The notes under the pieces are model-generated. The model did not search any database. It saw only the letters and a list, made by a program, of their open reading frames with translations, and was not told the DNA's origin. A stretch of DNA of 64,000 nt, from NCBI GenBank assembly GCA_047947115.1, contig CP170459.1, positions 5,504,001 to 5,568,000 on the forward strand, given 5' to 3'. The stretch comes from Verrucomicrobiota bacterium. Lineage in GTDB: Bacteria; Verrucomicrobiota; Verrucomicrobiia; Limisphaerales; AAA164-E04. This document shows positions 38,595-51,011 of this stretch, piece by piece (the stretch's first letter is position 1; the number at the start of each line of letters is the position of its first letter). Position numbers and translations under genes: made by a program.

Positions 38595-41120
38595 ATGGTT
38601 CACCGCATTAATATCAACTACTTTGCCGCATGCTCACGCATGTTTGCGGTGTTCGGCGTTTTGACTGGCCTGTGTGCTCACTCCTGGCCAGTCTTTGGAG
38701 ATCAAGCAAAGGAAGAGAACGTTTCGGATCACTCCAATGCATTGGTACCCATTCCTCAAACTCTGCAATTGAAAGTTGGGGACACTTGGAGACGATTTCT
38801 TGTTACCGACCAAACGGAGGACGGATTTCATCTGGACCTTTCCGATCAATATGGTCTGACCAGTCAGCAACCGGATATCTTTCATTTCGAAAACGGGAAA
38901 TGGATCGCCAAACATCCCGGTACAGCCTCGCTCACCTTACAGGACGACCGTGGAAATTTACTTGGTGAGATTCATGTGGAAGTATCAGAAGGAACCGAAA
39001 TGCCGTCGCCCCCAAACTTCGTCGACCACATTCAGCCCATCCTCACCAAAGTCGGTTGCAACAATGGAGCATGTCATGCAAAACCTGGCGGCCGCAACGG
39101 CTTCGAATTGTCCGTTTTCGGCTACGCCCCGGAAATCGATCATCGGGAAATCGTACAGGACAACCTTGGCCGACGCATCTTCCCGGCCAGCCCAGAAAAC
39201 AGTCTGCTGCTGCTAAAAGCAACGGGTGCAGTCAAACATGAAGGAGGCTCGCCGCTGGTCAAAGATTCTGAATTCTATCAAACCCTTGTCACCTGGATTG
39301 AATCGGGCATGCCCTACGAAAACAAAGATGCCCCCAAACTGAACCACATCGAAGTGGCTCCGGCAGGAGGGAGGCTGCAAAAAGGCAGCTCATTCATCCA
39401 TGCCGTCTGGGCGCATTATGATGATGGCTCCATCCGGGATGTCACCCACTTGGCTGAATATCAAAGCACGGACAAGGAACTACTCGAGATCGACCACCAC
39501 GGGCAGGCCACCACCCATCATCGCGACGGCCAAGTCGTCGTCGTAACGCGATTTTCCGGATTGATCGCAGAAAGCCGATGGATGATCCCGCGCGACGACA
39601 ACAGCTCCGTTTCCGATCCAAATGACGCAAACATCCAGCCAAACAATTTCATCGACACACACGCCTTCGCTTATTTAAAGGAATTGGGGTATCGTCCATC
39701 CGGATTGTGTTCTGACAGCGAATTCATTCGACGATCCTCACTCGACGCAACAGGCGTGCTGCCCACTCCCGAAGAAGCAAGAACCTTTCTGGAGGATCCT
39801 TCACCTGACAAACGGCAAAAGTGGATTCAACAACTGATGAAGCATCGCTGGATCGGAGATTACTGGGCCAACCAATGGACCGATCTTCTCCGCCCCAACC
39901 CTGATCGTGCAGGCATCAAGAGCGTTTATATGTTTGACCAATGGGTCAGAGAGTGTTTTCGGTCCAACATGCCATACGACCAGTTCGTAAGATCCATCCT
40001 CACGCTAGAAGGCAGCAATCACCAGGCAGGACCAGCATCGATCTATCGCGACAAACGCACCCCCGAAGACCTCACGGTATTATTCAGCCAACTGTTCCTC
40101 GGCGTGCGGCTCGAATGCGCCAAGTGTCACCACCATCCGTTCGAAAAATGGGGACAGGAAGACTTTTACCAGACAGCGGCCTTTTTTGGTTCGATAAAGC
40201 AAAAAGGAGCCGGAGTGTCCCCTCCCATCTCCGCTGGAACCGAAACATTTTATTTCCGAAAAGGTGGCAGCGTCCAGCACCCGCGCACCGAAGAAGTCAT
40301 GCATCCGGCTCCCCCCGGAGGCAACCATTCAACGATCGAAGAAGGCATCGACCCCAGAGGTTCCTGGATGGATTGGATGTTGGATCCGGAGAATCCATAT
40401 TTTGCCCAATCCATCGTGAATCGTGTATGGAACGTTTTCTTTGGAAAAGGATTCGTCAATCCAGTCGACGATTTTCGCACCAGCAATCCTCCGGTGCATG
40501 AACCACTCATGCAGGCCTTGGCCAGGGATTTCGTGGACCATGGTTACGACCTGCGCCACCTCATGTCCACGATCATGGCCTCAAGACTCTACCAGTCCAG
40601 CTCCAACCCGAACGAGACGAACCTCACGGACACACGTTATTTTTCACGTTACTATCGCAAGCGCCTGCCAGCCGAATTACTGCAGGACGCAGTCACCGAC
40701 GTGACGGAAATCGAAGCATCCTTTGATGGGCTTCCACCGGGATCCAGGGCGATCGAAACCTGGAATTTCAAAATAGAATCACAGTTCATGGACGCCTTCG
40801 ACCGACCAAACTCCAGCAGCGACCCTCCCTGCGAGCGCATCAACAAACCCAGCGTCGTGCAATCGCTCCACATGATGCACTCAGAAGGACTGCAATCGAA
40901 ACTCCAATCCGACAAAGGCTGGCTGGAAGCGCTGGTGCGCAGTGGACTGAAGCATTCGGACATGATTGACGCTGTATACTTGAAGATTTTCAGTCGCTAT
41001 CCAGATGCAGACGAAAGAGACATTGCAGAAAAGACCATTTCGGGAGAGAATCAACGCCAAGGACTGGAAGATTTGGTTTGGGCACTATTGAATTCGGCGG
41101 AATTCATTTTCAACCATTGA
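38595..41120 (+). CDS. DUF1549/DUF1553 (PVC cytochrome-like) protein with Ig-like domains
   Basis: GCNNGACH, FIRRSSLDATG, LECAKCHHHP, NPYFA..VNRVW, DLVWALLNSAEFIFNH. Confidence 0.92.
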   Translation: MVHRININYFAACSRMFAVFGVLTGLCAHSWPVFGDQAKEENVSDHSNALVPIPQTLQLKVGDTWRRFLVTDQTEDGFHLDLSDQYGLTSQQPDIFHFENGKWIAKHPGTASLTLQDDRGNLLGEIHVEVSEGTEMPSPPNFVDHIQPILTKVGCNNGACHAKPGGRNGFELSVFGYAPEIDHREIVQDNLGRRIFPASPENSLLLLKATGAVKHEGGSPLVKDSEFYQTLVTWIESGMPYENKDAPKLNHIEVAPAGGRLQKGSSFIHAVWAHYDDGSIRDVTHLAEYQSTDKELLEIDHHGQATTHHRDGQVVVVTRFSGLIAESRWMIPRDDNSSVSDPNDANIQPNNFIDTHAFAYLKELGYRPSGLCSDSEFIRRSSLDATGVLPTPEEARTFLEDPSPDKRQKWIQQLMKHRWIGDYWANQWTDLLRPNPDRAGIKSVYMFDQWVRECFRSNMPYDQFVRSILTLEGSNHQAGPASIYRDKRTPEDLTVLFSQLFLGVRLECAKCHHHPFEKWGQEDFYQTAAFFGSIKQKGAGVSPPISAGTETFYFRKGGSVQHPRTEEVMHPAPPGGNHSTIEEGIDPRGSWMDWMLDPENPYFAQSIVNRVWNVFFGKGFVNPVDDFRTSNPPVHEPLMQALARDFVDHGYDLRHLMSTIMASRLYQSSSNPNETNLTDTRYFSRYYRKRLPAELLQDAVTDVTEIEASFDGLPPGSRAIETWNFKIESQFMDAFDRPNSSSDPPCERINKPSVVQSLHMMHSEGLQSKLQSDKGWLEALVRSGLKHSDMIDAVYLKIFSRYPDADERDIAEKTISGENQRQGLEDLVWALLNSAEFIFNH

Positions 41121-41133
41121 GATCAATAACAAC

Positions 41134-42465
41134 ATGAGTCGAACAACCATCAATTGCGAAGGCATGACCCGCAGAGACTTCCTTCAAGTCGGACTGGGCG
41201 GAACCCTGGGGCTGGGGATGTGTGACCTGCTGAGAATGCAAGCGGACGCCAAGGCAAACGGAAAGCCCGGATCAGACATACGTTGCATCTTGGTCTGGCT
41301 GGATGGAGGCCCTTCGCACTATGAAACTTTCGATCCCAAACCGGATGCACCTGAGGACATTCGTGGAGAATTCAAAACCATCCCCACCTCAACCCCCGGA
41401 GTTCATTTCAGTGAAGTGGTGCCCAATCTGGCCAAAGTGATGGATAAATCCACCGTCATCCGATCCATTTGTCACAAGGATCCAAACCACGGCGGTGGCA
41501 ATCATTACATGATGACCGGAGCACCTACCCCGGTGCCGGTGGCGTGCGGCGCTTTTGTCACGTTTCATCCGAGCTTCGGTTCAATGGTTTCCTATGACCG
41601 CGGTATTCGAGGAGGATTACCCGCCTACATGAGTCTTCCGCGTGTTTCACGATCGGGCGGCCCGAACTTTTTGGGGGGCCAACACGCCCCGTTTGTCATC
41701 GACGGCGATCCGAACAACAAAAATTTTCGGGTCCGCGATGTCGTGCTGCCAAAGTCCATCAGTGAAGAACGCGCCGAAAACAGACGCGCACTCCGCAAAG
41801 CGCTGGACCGTCTGCAACGCATGCAGGACCCCCTGGCCAACGACCCGACGGTCACTTTCGATCAATTTTACGAACAAGGCGTGGATCTGGTTACCTCCCC
41901 GCAGGCACAAAAGGCTTTCGACATCCACCAGGAACCCGAAGCAGTCAGGGAGAAATACGGCCAGAATGATTTGGGACAACGCCTGCTGATGGCACGACGA
42001 TTGACCGAGGTCGGCGTGTCCTTTGTCACGGTTTATTACGGGGGATGGGACAATCACACCAATTTATTCGAACGATTCAAAGGCTCGTTCATGGGGAAAC
42101 TGGACCAAGGTTTGGCAGCTTTAATCGCCGACCTGCACGAACGTGGATCAGCCGAAAACACCATGGTCATTTGCCTGGGTGAATTTGGTCGCACACCGAA
42201 AGTGAACAAGGACGCAGGTCGTGACCACTGGCCGCACGCCATGTCGGTGATCATGTCCGGAGCGGGCATCCCGGGAGGCCAAATCGTGGGAGCCACCGAT
42301 GCCAAAGGGTTTTATGCCTCGGACAATGTGCATAGCCCGGAAGACTTCGCGGCATCGCTTTACACAAAAATGGGCATCGATCCGCACCAAACTCTCTACC
42401 AAGCCACCGGCCGACCTGTTCGCCTGGTCAACGGTGGAGAACCCATCAAAGAACTATTTGCCTGA
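41134..42465 (+). CDS. DUF1501 family protein (Tat-like leader)
   Basis: TRRDFL, GGPSHYETFDPKP, GEFGRTP, GRDHWP. Confidence 0.93.
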   Translation: MSRTTINCEGMTRRDFLQVGLGGTLGLGMCDLLRMQADAKANGKPGSDIRCILVWLDGGPSHYETFDPKPDAPEDIRGEFKTIPTSTPGVHFSEVVPNLAKVMDKSTVIRSICHKDPNHGGGNHYMMTGAPTPVPVACGAFVTFHPSFGSMVSYDRGIRGGLPAYMSLPRVSRSGGPNFLGGQHAPFVIDGDPNNKNFRVRDVVLPKSISEERAENRRALRKALDRLQRMQDPLANDPTVTFDQFYEQGVDLVTSPQAQKAFDIHQEPEAVREKYGQNDLGQRLLMARRLTEVGVSFVTVYYGGWDNHTNLFERFKGSFMGKLDQGLAALIADLHERGSAENTMVICLGEFGRTPKVNKDAGRDHWPHAMSVIMSGAGIPGGQIVGATDAKGFYASDNVHSPEDFAASLYTKMGIDPHQTLYQATGRPVRLVNGGEPIKELFA

Positions 42466-42580
42466 GTAGCCGCAGCCGCCAGAAGGTGGTTTCTCGAATG
42501 CCCGAGATGATGTAGGAACACTGTCGCAAGGGTACGGCAGGGTATCACATGTTTGCAAATGCGGCTGCCTGGGGTATTGT

Positions 42581-43072
42581 TCAGTCACTCAGAAAGAAAC
42601 CATCGGACGAACTCTTTCTAGCCCGGTAACGCTGCAGGAAGGAGGAGTTTTTGCCGGAAGGGTTCGTGCTGGAAGAACGCAAGTCGCGCCTCAGTTGACG
42701 TTGATTCTTTTTATTCTCGGCCAAAATGTTGCGTTGATGCTTTTCGATCGCCTTCTGGGACTCCTTGGTTTGGCGCAATAATTCTTCGCGCTTTTCCTCG
42801 GCCTCCTTCAGATTTTTTTTCTGCTGCTTTCGAAGCTCGCGCTCGGCATCACGACGTTCCTTTTCCACTTCCTTCAAGGTTTTCCCGGCAGGCTTTTCAG
42901 ATTGCTGCACGGATTGCGAAGCCTCCTTGACCACCGTTTCCTCCTTACCACGCTTTTTCCAAAACTTCCACCACTGAGCCTCGGCCTGTGGGCAACCCAT
43001 CGCAGTGCCTACCAGAAGGCAGGCGGTCAGCAGTAGGAATCTGCATCGAAAATAGGTAGATTTTGAAAACAT
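42581..43072 (-). CDS. Secreted basic coiled-coil hypothetical protein
   Basis: Signal peptide ending AEA-Q, WWKFWKK, K/E/R-rich helix. Confidence 0.6.
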   Translation of the reverse strand: MFSKSTYFRCRFLLLTACLLVGTAMGCPQAEAQWWKFWKKRGKEETVVKEASQSVQQSEKPAGKTLKEVEKERRDAERELRKQQKKNLKEAEEKREELLRQTKESQKAIEKHQRNILAENKKNQRQLRRDLRSSSTNPSGKNSSFLQRYRARKSSSDGFFLSD

Positions 43073-43085
43073 AGGCAGTAAAAAA

Positions 43086-43162
43086 TGGTGGGCCCAGAGG
43101 GACTTGAACCCCCGACCCAGCGATTATGAGTCGCTTGCTCTAACCAACTGAGCTATGGGCCC
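43086..43162 (-). tRNA. tRNA with CAT anticodon, probably Ile2 (lysidine type)
   Basis: Reverse complement GGGCCCATAGCTCAGTTGGTTAGAGC..GCGA-CTCATAA-TCGC..GGTTCAAGTCC..GGGCCCACCA; paired G1-C72, no initiator features. Confidence 0.93.
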
Positions 43163-43548
43163 TAACTGTTGAGTATATTAATGTTACAACCAAGAGAACG
43201 CAGTACAAACCATCCCTTATCACCCTAAATCTGATATGGGTTATTTGCTTCAACCCACCAGAAGCATTTAGGATCGCTCAATCAGTATCCTCTCAACTTC
43301 CGAGGTGAGGTGACAACCGTTGCAACACCCGCATCATATTCATGTGACTGATTGCGGCAAGCATTAATCCTTGCCGTCACCATTTTGAGGAGACCTTTCC
43401 GTAGTAATAGTTCAATATATTCTCAAGACAGCCTCCAAGGGCCTCTTGATCTTCCGGATTCTGGTTTTCAAATTCGGGCTGGATGATTTTGTTGGGGAGC
43501 ACTTGGAGTGAACGCTCCTGGTCATAATACAGTTTCAATTTATACCAA

Positions 43549-46424
43549 TCATTGCGGACGAAACGGAGCTTCATTTGTAGGTTCTTCCTTCGCTGTCTTA
43601 GCGCGTCGTTCGGCGTCCTCTTTCATCCAGCGAAGCATGAGTTCGGGGGCATCCATACGCGGGTAATCGTGGAGTGCTTGCCAGTTGAATTCCTTGTCTA
43701 AAGGATCATAAGCCTTTAAGGGATCAAATATTTGTGGATGAACGTCAACAGCTTCATAAGCACTGAAATCTGGATCAGCTGTGAACATGTCCGACAGGTC
43801 GCTTGCCATCGCATCATACATGTTTATGGCCGGCATGCCGTGAATCAGATTGATGGTTTTAATAATAGACGGGATGGAGGTGTGGATATGTGAAACATGT
43901 CCGCGTCGTGCATATGGGCTGATGACCAGGCAAAGGCTGCGATGATGATCCACGTGATCTCTGCCATTTTGCGCGTCGTCTTCGGTAACGAAAATAGCCA
44001 TTTCCTTCCAGTAAGGTGTATGGCTGAGCAACTCAACCACCCGTCCCAGTGCAAGATCATTATCTGCCATATAAGATGCAAAGTAGGGATAGCCTTCCTC
44101 CGGACGTTCGGTAGCACCGTGGTCGTTTGGCAATGACATGGTAATGATACTGGGAAAAGGCTCCGCGCCGGACAGCCACTTTTCCTTTAAATCCAATTCA
44201 AACATATCAACGCGAAACTGATCGGGTATGTTTGTGTTGTAGGTCGCAAATCGTCGCGATGTATGTTCGAAGAGAGGGGCGGGAATCGGATAGTTCACAC
44301 CGATCTTCACGCCCGTCAGCGCAAATTCCTCTCCCCCTCTTCCGCCACTCCGGGCATCTCAAATCCGAGTCCAAAATTAAAGAAAGGAATTTCGTGACGT
44401 GCGAAATGATCCCAGAGGCTCCCCACCTGCATGTAGTCCTCCGGCAGTAACCCGGCTGAGGCCCCGGTCACCGCCAGTCTGCCGGGTGCGGACGAATCAT
44501 ACATGTAGCGTCTACGATTTCCATAAGATGCCGAGGTGCTTGTCTCACAGAACACCCCGGGATAGACCCCTTGCAACCAACGATGTCCATCAGCTGAATG
44601 ATCCGAATCACAATAAAAATTGTCCGAACTGGCAAATCGGCGCGCCAGTATCTGGTGGTTGGGCATGACGTTGACATTCTCAAGCACATCGTCAGGGCGC
44701 AGATTGGAGCGAACCGTCGCATTTACCCCGAAATCAGCCAAACTAGTTTCCGCCCGGGCATTTGGTAGTTCACCATAAATCTGGTCAAAGGTTCGATTCT
44801 CCTTAGCGATGAATACCGTGTATTTGATGGGAGAAGGATAAGCGCCTCGATAAGGTGGCACCGGATTGCGTTCTTTTGTTTCCCATGGTCTGCGAACACC
44901 CAGGTGCACGTTGTTTTCAATGACTTGCGCTGTCTCAGCTGGTAGCTGGGAATCCGTGGGGATGGGGAGGATGGATATCGTTCCCCGCATCAAGTTTCCC
45001 ATTCCGGAGCGTCCATCGAGGTCAACACCCGGCCCGCCATTTGGACCGGCCCCAAAACCCTTGGCATTGGCGACAATGAGCTGCTGTCCGTCTGGTGAAA
45101 CCGCCACTTTGCTGGGAAACCAACCAACGGGAATGTGACCAACCACCTCGAGGCTTTGGGTATCAATCACTCCGACGGCGTTGATGCCTGACTCCGCCAC
45201 GTATAATCTGTCCTTGTCTGGAGCCAGAGCCAAGCCAAATGGAATCACCCCTCGATAAACGTCCAACGGTTCGGGTAATCTCAAAGTGATTTCTTTCACT
45301 ACTTGATTCAGTGTGGTATCAATCACTGAAATGGAATCATTGTTTCCATTGGATACAAAAACGTGTCGACCGTCGCAGATTGTGGAATTAGGCGCCGCAC
45401 CGCCTATCGCAGGAATCCCTTCCACCATTTCACCAACTTGGATGCCGGTCTTAATTCGTGCAGTGATGCTTGCGTCATGTGGATCGGTAATGTCAATCGC
45501 ATAAACGGAAACCGATTCCTCCACGTTAGGATCCCCCAAGCCAGGCACGACCTTTCCTTCCGCCGTGGTTCCTTCTCTCATCTCTGGTGAATCATAGCCA
45601 AATGGAGGAAAACTGAGACCGGTCGTCATGAATTGCTTGGGATCAAATCCTTCAACTGTGCTGTATTCAAACATGCCGATGTTTGCGACATACAGTCTTG
45701 AACCATCCGGTGTGCAGGAGATCCCAAACGGGTATCGGCCGACTGAAATGACATCGATCACCTCCATGCTCGACGTGTCCAGACATATCACACGAAAATT
45801 CATTTGATCCACCACGTAAAGATGTTTTCCGTCGGGCGTCAGGGTCATGTCCCCCAAGTAGCTGTCCCGCCATTTTCGGCCTTCGAAATCGATATTCAAA
45901 TCAATCGTGCGTAAACGTTCTCGCCTTTCGTAATCCCAGACCATGACCGTACCGTCATCCCCTCCGGATGCGAAAAAAATCCTGGATGATGGGGCCTGTG
46001 GAATGGCCACCCCCATAAAGCAGGCATTTAGAACACCCTCATCTGTTTTCACGCCTTCAGGAATGGATGTGAACGAACGATCCTTCTGAAGTGGATTGGT
46101 GAGAATGGAAAAGGAAAACGGTTCAGTTCCACTGTTGACGGTAATGAGCACCCGAGCATCCGCTGCGAGCGCCAATCCGTAAGGATGTGGTTCGACCAGC
46201 ACCTGTGAACCGCGTGGGGTCAGAACACGTCCGTTTGGAATGACGGTCGTTCCTGTCGGAAAGATTTCACAATACCGCGTGCCTGCGGGAGCGGTCATGA
46301 CAAGTTTTGAGGCATTTTCTGTGTATGTCGCACCTCGGATGTGGCATAGACCCATTTTTACAAGGGCAATCAACGCGATAAATCGCAACCAAGGTGCGGG
46401 CCAATTATTCAAATATCTAAACAT
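43549..46424 (-). CDS. YVTN/YncE beta-propeller plus phosphoesterase protein, frameshifted at a G5 run (44333-44337)
   Basis: IPVGWFP, KENRTFDQ and SADGHRW in the 5' ORF; LPNDHG, ADNDLALG and EDDAQNGRDHVD in the 3' ORF; adding one G joins them. Confidence 0.82.
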
Positions 46425-46468
46425 AAGATTCTATCAGGTTTCCATCACTCAACGACGTGCCTGAATGG

Positions 46469-47332
46469 TCAATCGTTGGAAATTGATGATATGGGTTTCA
46501 GCCCCGATTCATAACAAGCATCCAATTGGATCCCATCGACGCCATAGGCCAGCATGGATTTGATATCTTGCAGGCCTCTTGAAACAGGATCTCCTTCTCT
46601 GTAATGACCTGTGTTGATGCTGACAATGACTGACAATCCCATCTTCTGAAAACCTTTGACTTCCTGATCATCAAAATCTGCTCCATGATTGAAGACATAA
46701 TAATCCAAGGCCAGGTCCGAAGGAACCTTCTGCTCAGCCCAGGTTTGTTCCAAAGATTTTCGCCATGATATTTTTGCTTTGTGCAAGAATCGCCTGGCTA
46801 TCTTCTCCTGATTGTTAACAGGGGTTTTGTTGATCAGAATGAGACTGTTTTTTAATAGATGATATTTTTTCAAAGTACTTTCGATTTCGGACGCATAGGC
46901 ATCAATCTGTGCATCAGCACAACCTTTGAGATCTACCATCAGATCGATTCTCCCTTCGCATTTGCTGCAGAATTCCTCGAAAGTAGGTATGTGTTCCCCT
47001 GTATGCAATAGTTTTACTTTTTGAATCTGGTCCAGATTCATTTCTGAAATCCTTCCCATTACACCCGTTTGTTCAAACAGTTCGTCGTGATGAAAACAAA
47101 CAACACGGGAGTCCTTAGTGATTCTGGCATCGATTTCGACGTGGGAATACCCACGTCGAATAGCTTCTTCCAATGCCGAAAAACTGTTTTCAGGCAAGGT
47201 TTCGGTCACAAATCCTCCTCGATGGGCAATCTTCATGAGCGAAGGCGCTTCCGCTCCTTTTACGTGAATTGAACCGCCTGTCAGGATGCAGAGACAAATG
47301 AATATTGTATGTAGGATTTTAAATGAATTCAT
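46469..47332 (-). CDS. Glycerophosphodiester phosphodiesterase family protein
   Basis: IAHRGG..PENS, VEID, HHD, GVDGIQLD. Confidence 0.9.
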   Translation of the reverse strand: MNSFKILHTIFICLCILTGGSIHVKGAEAPSLMKIAHRGGFVTETLPENSFSALEEAIRRGYSHVEIDARITKDSRVVCFHHDELFEQTGVMGRISEMNLDQIQKVKLLHTGEHIPTFEEFCSKCEGRIDLMVDLKGCADAQIDAYASEIESTLKKYHLLKNSLILINKTPVNNQEKIARRFLHKAKISWRKSLEQTWAEQKVPSDLALDYYVFNHGADFDDQEVKGFQKMGLSVIVSINTGHYREGDPVSRGLQDIKSMLAYGVDGIQLDACYESGLKPISSISND

Positions 47333-47623
47333 ACAGGTGCCAACCGATCAAATGCCATTTGTCCTTTGATTGTCCAGAAACAATTGCGGCTGTCCTGTTA
47401 CGATTTAACGACTTAATTGAAGATCCAAATTAAGATCCTTGTGGAGGATTTCTTAAAAGGTGCCGCATATGCCTTTGGACATACATCCGGTCATCCCTAT
47501 TTGAATATGGCATGGAATTCCGGATGGTTGCAAAAACTCCACCAAACTGTATTGGACATGTTTCCGAATGATACCAACAACTGTTACTTTGGACCTATTG
47601 CATTCCAGGCGTTGATCTGAACT

Positions 47624-49680
47624 ATGAAACTGATAAAACAAATGACTCTTGGTATGTCGCTTTTGCTGGCGCTCAGCGCCAATGCGGCAACGAACAATTC
47701 CGGGAATGCCCCAGCCTTTATCACCATTGACATCTGTTCCAATGGGATCGGTGATGGCGATGGAAATTTTGACGCACCGCGTATGGAACCGGAGGTGTTC
47801 GATATCGGATTGGATTTTGGAGCGGATGGAAGTGTGGACCGTTGGTTGTCCAATGAATCCGCCACCTACATGGGCCGAGGAAACAGTGATGTCATCCAAC
47901 CAGGTTCCTGGATTCGTCTGTATTTTTTTCAACTCGATGAGTTTACCGGGCAAAATGTGCAGGTCCATCTTGTTGATCGAAGTCAGGATTACTACATGGC
48001 CATCAATTCCATTCGTGTGAGCGGCGCCGATGGAAAGGTCATCTCCAATCCTCTCAAAAATGGATTCTTTGAAGATGGATTGACTGGCTGGAACGTCGTT
48101 GAATCATCGATTCAAAACCATGATACGCTGATTCATAAAGATACTGACGCGACATTCGTAAACTATAGTGGATCCTTTCTGTCCACGATGAGCAATCCTG
48201 ATTCCGGCGATTTCAGTGAAACAGCAGTCTTGGTTTCGGAGCCATTTCAACTTGCGCCAGTGACCAGTTTTATCTACGGCATGGTATCCGGTGGAGGCTC
48301 TGAGTTTGTCAACCTGCCGGGCGCCTTGGGCTCTGATAACAAATCAGGAGTCTATATTGATCTGGGCAGCGAAACTGAAGATCCGAATGGGCAGTATGAT
48401 GAAGGCGTCGATATTCCCCTGGTAGGTTTTTGGGGGGAGCCGCAGGAGGCGGTCGAAATGATTTTGCTTCCGTGTTCTTCAACACTTCGGGTAAAGAAGG
48501 ACTCAGGGCACAGGTGGTTGGGTTTGATGATTCCCTGGAATACCACATTTCCCTCGACGCATTCCGGATGAATTGGGACTGGGAAGAATCCATTATTGTC
48601 AATGGCGGATTCGATCAGGGCATTCCTACGCCAGAGAGTGATCCTTCCGCATTTGATTGGTTTGATGAAGTTGGGGATTTTCTCATGCCGAGTGATCACC
48701 CATCCGGATCCGTTCCCGGTTGGCAGATTAAAGGAGACACTTTCTTCTTTGATGCAAACGCCCGTAAAGATCACATGAGCGGGCGCACGTTTCTCGGAAC
48801 TGGTGGATTCGATTTGTTCAATACAGGTGCAGAAATTCGTTCTGATGTTTTCGTCATTCAAAACATCCCCGATGCGGCGACCAATGTGTTTGTTCAATTT
48901 GCTTCTGCTCAGGGAACAGACCGAATTCGTTACTCAAGTGAAGGAGCAGTGGCGTTTGCTCGCGTGGAACTTATCGTTGATGTGGATGGAAATGGCGAAT
49001 TTGGAGATGCTGCCGATTTCCGATATCTTCAAAGAAATCAAGGCATGGCTCCCAGCCAAAGCAATAGTGGTCGTGATCTATGGCATCACCCGGAATACCG
49101 TTGGTACATCAAAGAGGAGCACCAGGGAATGAGTGCCATATTCAGAGCCGAAGACAATTTTGGTCCCTTCAAAGCAAGCTGGGGATGGATGTGCATCGAT
49201 GATTTGTTTGTTTGGAATGGTCAATCGGCTGAATTGGCATTCCCGAACAGCGATTTCGAACAAGGGACATTGGACAACTGGAATGCTCAAATTTCCGGAG
49301 GTACCGGATTTGAAAGTTGGTTGTCAGGTTCGAAAAAATCCATTGAGGCCGGATTGGTGACACATAGCGTCATGAACAATCGAGTGGTGGAGATTGATGG
49401 TGATTTCGCCGCCGATACCGCTGCTCGCGAAACCGGAGGTGGAGATAGCGGCTTGGGAGTTTTAAGTTCCATACCATTTTCACTGCCCTCTCTTGCTCAA
49501 GGTGGTGGAGCTGCTTCCATCAAACTGACCGGCAACAATCAGGAAGTGGTCTTGGAATGGGAATCCGGGACATTGCACAGCGCTGAATCCGTTTCTGGCC
49601 CGTACAATGAAGTGACCGGCGCAACCAGTCCTCACCAAATAAGCCCATCGGGTACTGAGAAGTTTTTTATTGTCCGTTAG
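47624..49680 (+). CDS. Secreted beta-sandwich protein with shared C-terminal domain, frameshifted at a G6 run (48432-48437)
   Basis: Signal peptide ending ANA-A; NGFFEDGL, NGGFDQG and NSDFEQG modules; adding one G joins the two ORFs. Confidence 0.75.
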
Positions 49681-50456
49681 GACGGTTCTCTTTCGTTCGC
49701 ACAAGAATGATAATGGAACGTGCAGACGCCGCAGTAGCAGAAAATTACCGTGTGGCACTGAGGCGTCTGCACACTTTATTTATCCCAGCACAAAAAATGT
49801 AATTCGCGAGAATGTCCGTCGACGGGGCAAAATTCAGGATCTTTTCAATAATGTTGCCGGAATTACCAAGGATAAATGCGGCGGACACGGCTACGAATCT
49901 TTTGGAATATTCCAACTTGGAAACCGGGCGGGGCAAGGTAAAAACCCGCTGACCACTGCCGGCATGTAATCACAGGAGCTTCTCGTCCTTGATGAGGACG
50001 ATTCTGGCAAAAAAAATTGCCCTGACGGGACCAACAACCACGGTTCAGCAGGGTGGAATCGGGGCTATGCGGATATGCACGCTGAATGGATTACATGTCG
50101 TCAAACCGCTCATGCAATTACGAACGCTTGGATGCCTACCGGCAGGGACTGTGACTGCGATGAAAAAGCTTATACCAGCATTTGTGGGCCAGCTGTTCAT
50201 CCCACCCGTTTGTGTCATGTCCGTTGGCCGCATTCACCTTGAATTTAGGGAGAAGTAGTTTGGCGGCAGCCCGTTTTGTAATTCACAAGTGATCTATTTT
50301 CCTTTTATGGACTTCTCGAGATCCTTGATTCGTCCAGAAAGGGTCTGCAATTTACGCTTCATCAAAAGTCCGTCGGCAAACATGCCGCAAATAAGAATGA
50401 TGGCTATAAGGCCTGTGTTTTCCATTTTGCTCGTTTAAAAGGTTGTGCAATATTTC

Positions 50457-50738
50457 TCACTTCCCAGTTTCATCTTTGCTGTTGTTCACCCAAGCTATCG
50501 AACTGGTGAGAATGAGTCCCAGACCTACCCATGAAAGCCTGTCCCTCAGGAACTTTATTAGGTCCTGGCGATCTCCGTCAATTTGTGAGTATGATCCATG
50601 CATGTCGCGGGTCAGATAGACTCTGGACATGGGTGTCGCTGCCCAGTATAGGGCAATGCCTCCCAGCAGAAGGGCCACCCCCGTCCATGCGAGAATTCGA
50701 ATCCTTTTTGAATGATACGTCGAATAATATGAGCTCAT
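50457..50738 (-). CDS. Small two-TM hypothetical protein
   Basis: Two hydrophobic helices; no recognisable motif. Confidence 0.45.
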   Translation of the reverse strand: MSSYYSTYHSKRIRILAWTGVALLLGGIALYWAATPMSRVYLTRDMHGSYSQIDGDRQDLIKFLRDRLSWVGLGLILTSSIAWVNNSKDETGK

Positions 50739-51011
50739 GATTGCGGATGAAGAACTGGTCAACCAGTTCCAATGACAATTGGCACACATCTTAATGTAGG
50801 TCCATTCACAGCATGCTAAAGTTTGTAATCGTCACAAATTTTTGGATTGTATCAGGGAGCCAACAAGACCGCTTCGAATAAGTGACGAGGACGTAACAAT
50901 TCCCGATCTAGTCGATTCATCATTGCGCCTTTGCTTACCCTCATGCGAACTTGCCACTCGTTGCTACTCCTGGCGACTTTCCAACTCTAATCCTGAAAAT
51001 AAATTGTACGA

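Noticed and set aside
43377..43574. 65-aa ORF resembling a sulfatase C-terminal scrap
   Set aside because: Similarity (FVRNDWYKL..YD) is too weak to call.
49700..50400. Decayed minus-strand gene
   Set aside because: Protein-like fragments are interrupted by stops and no family is recognisable.
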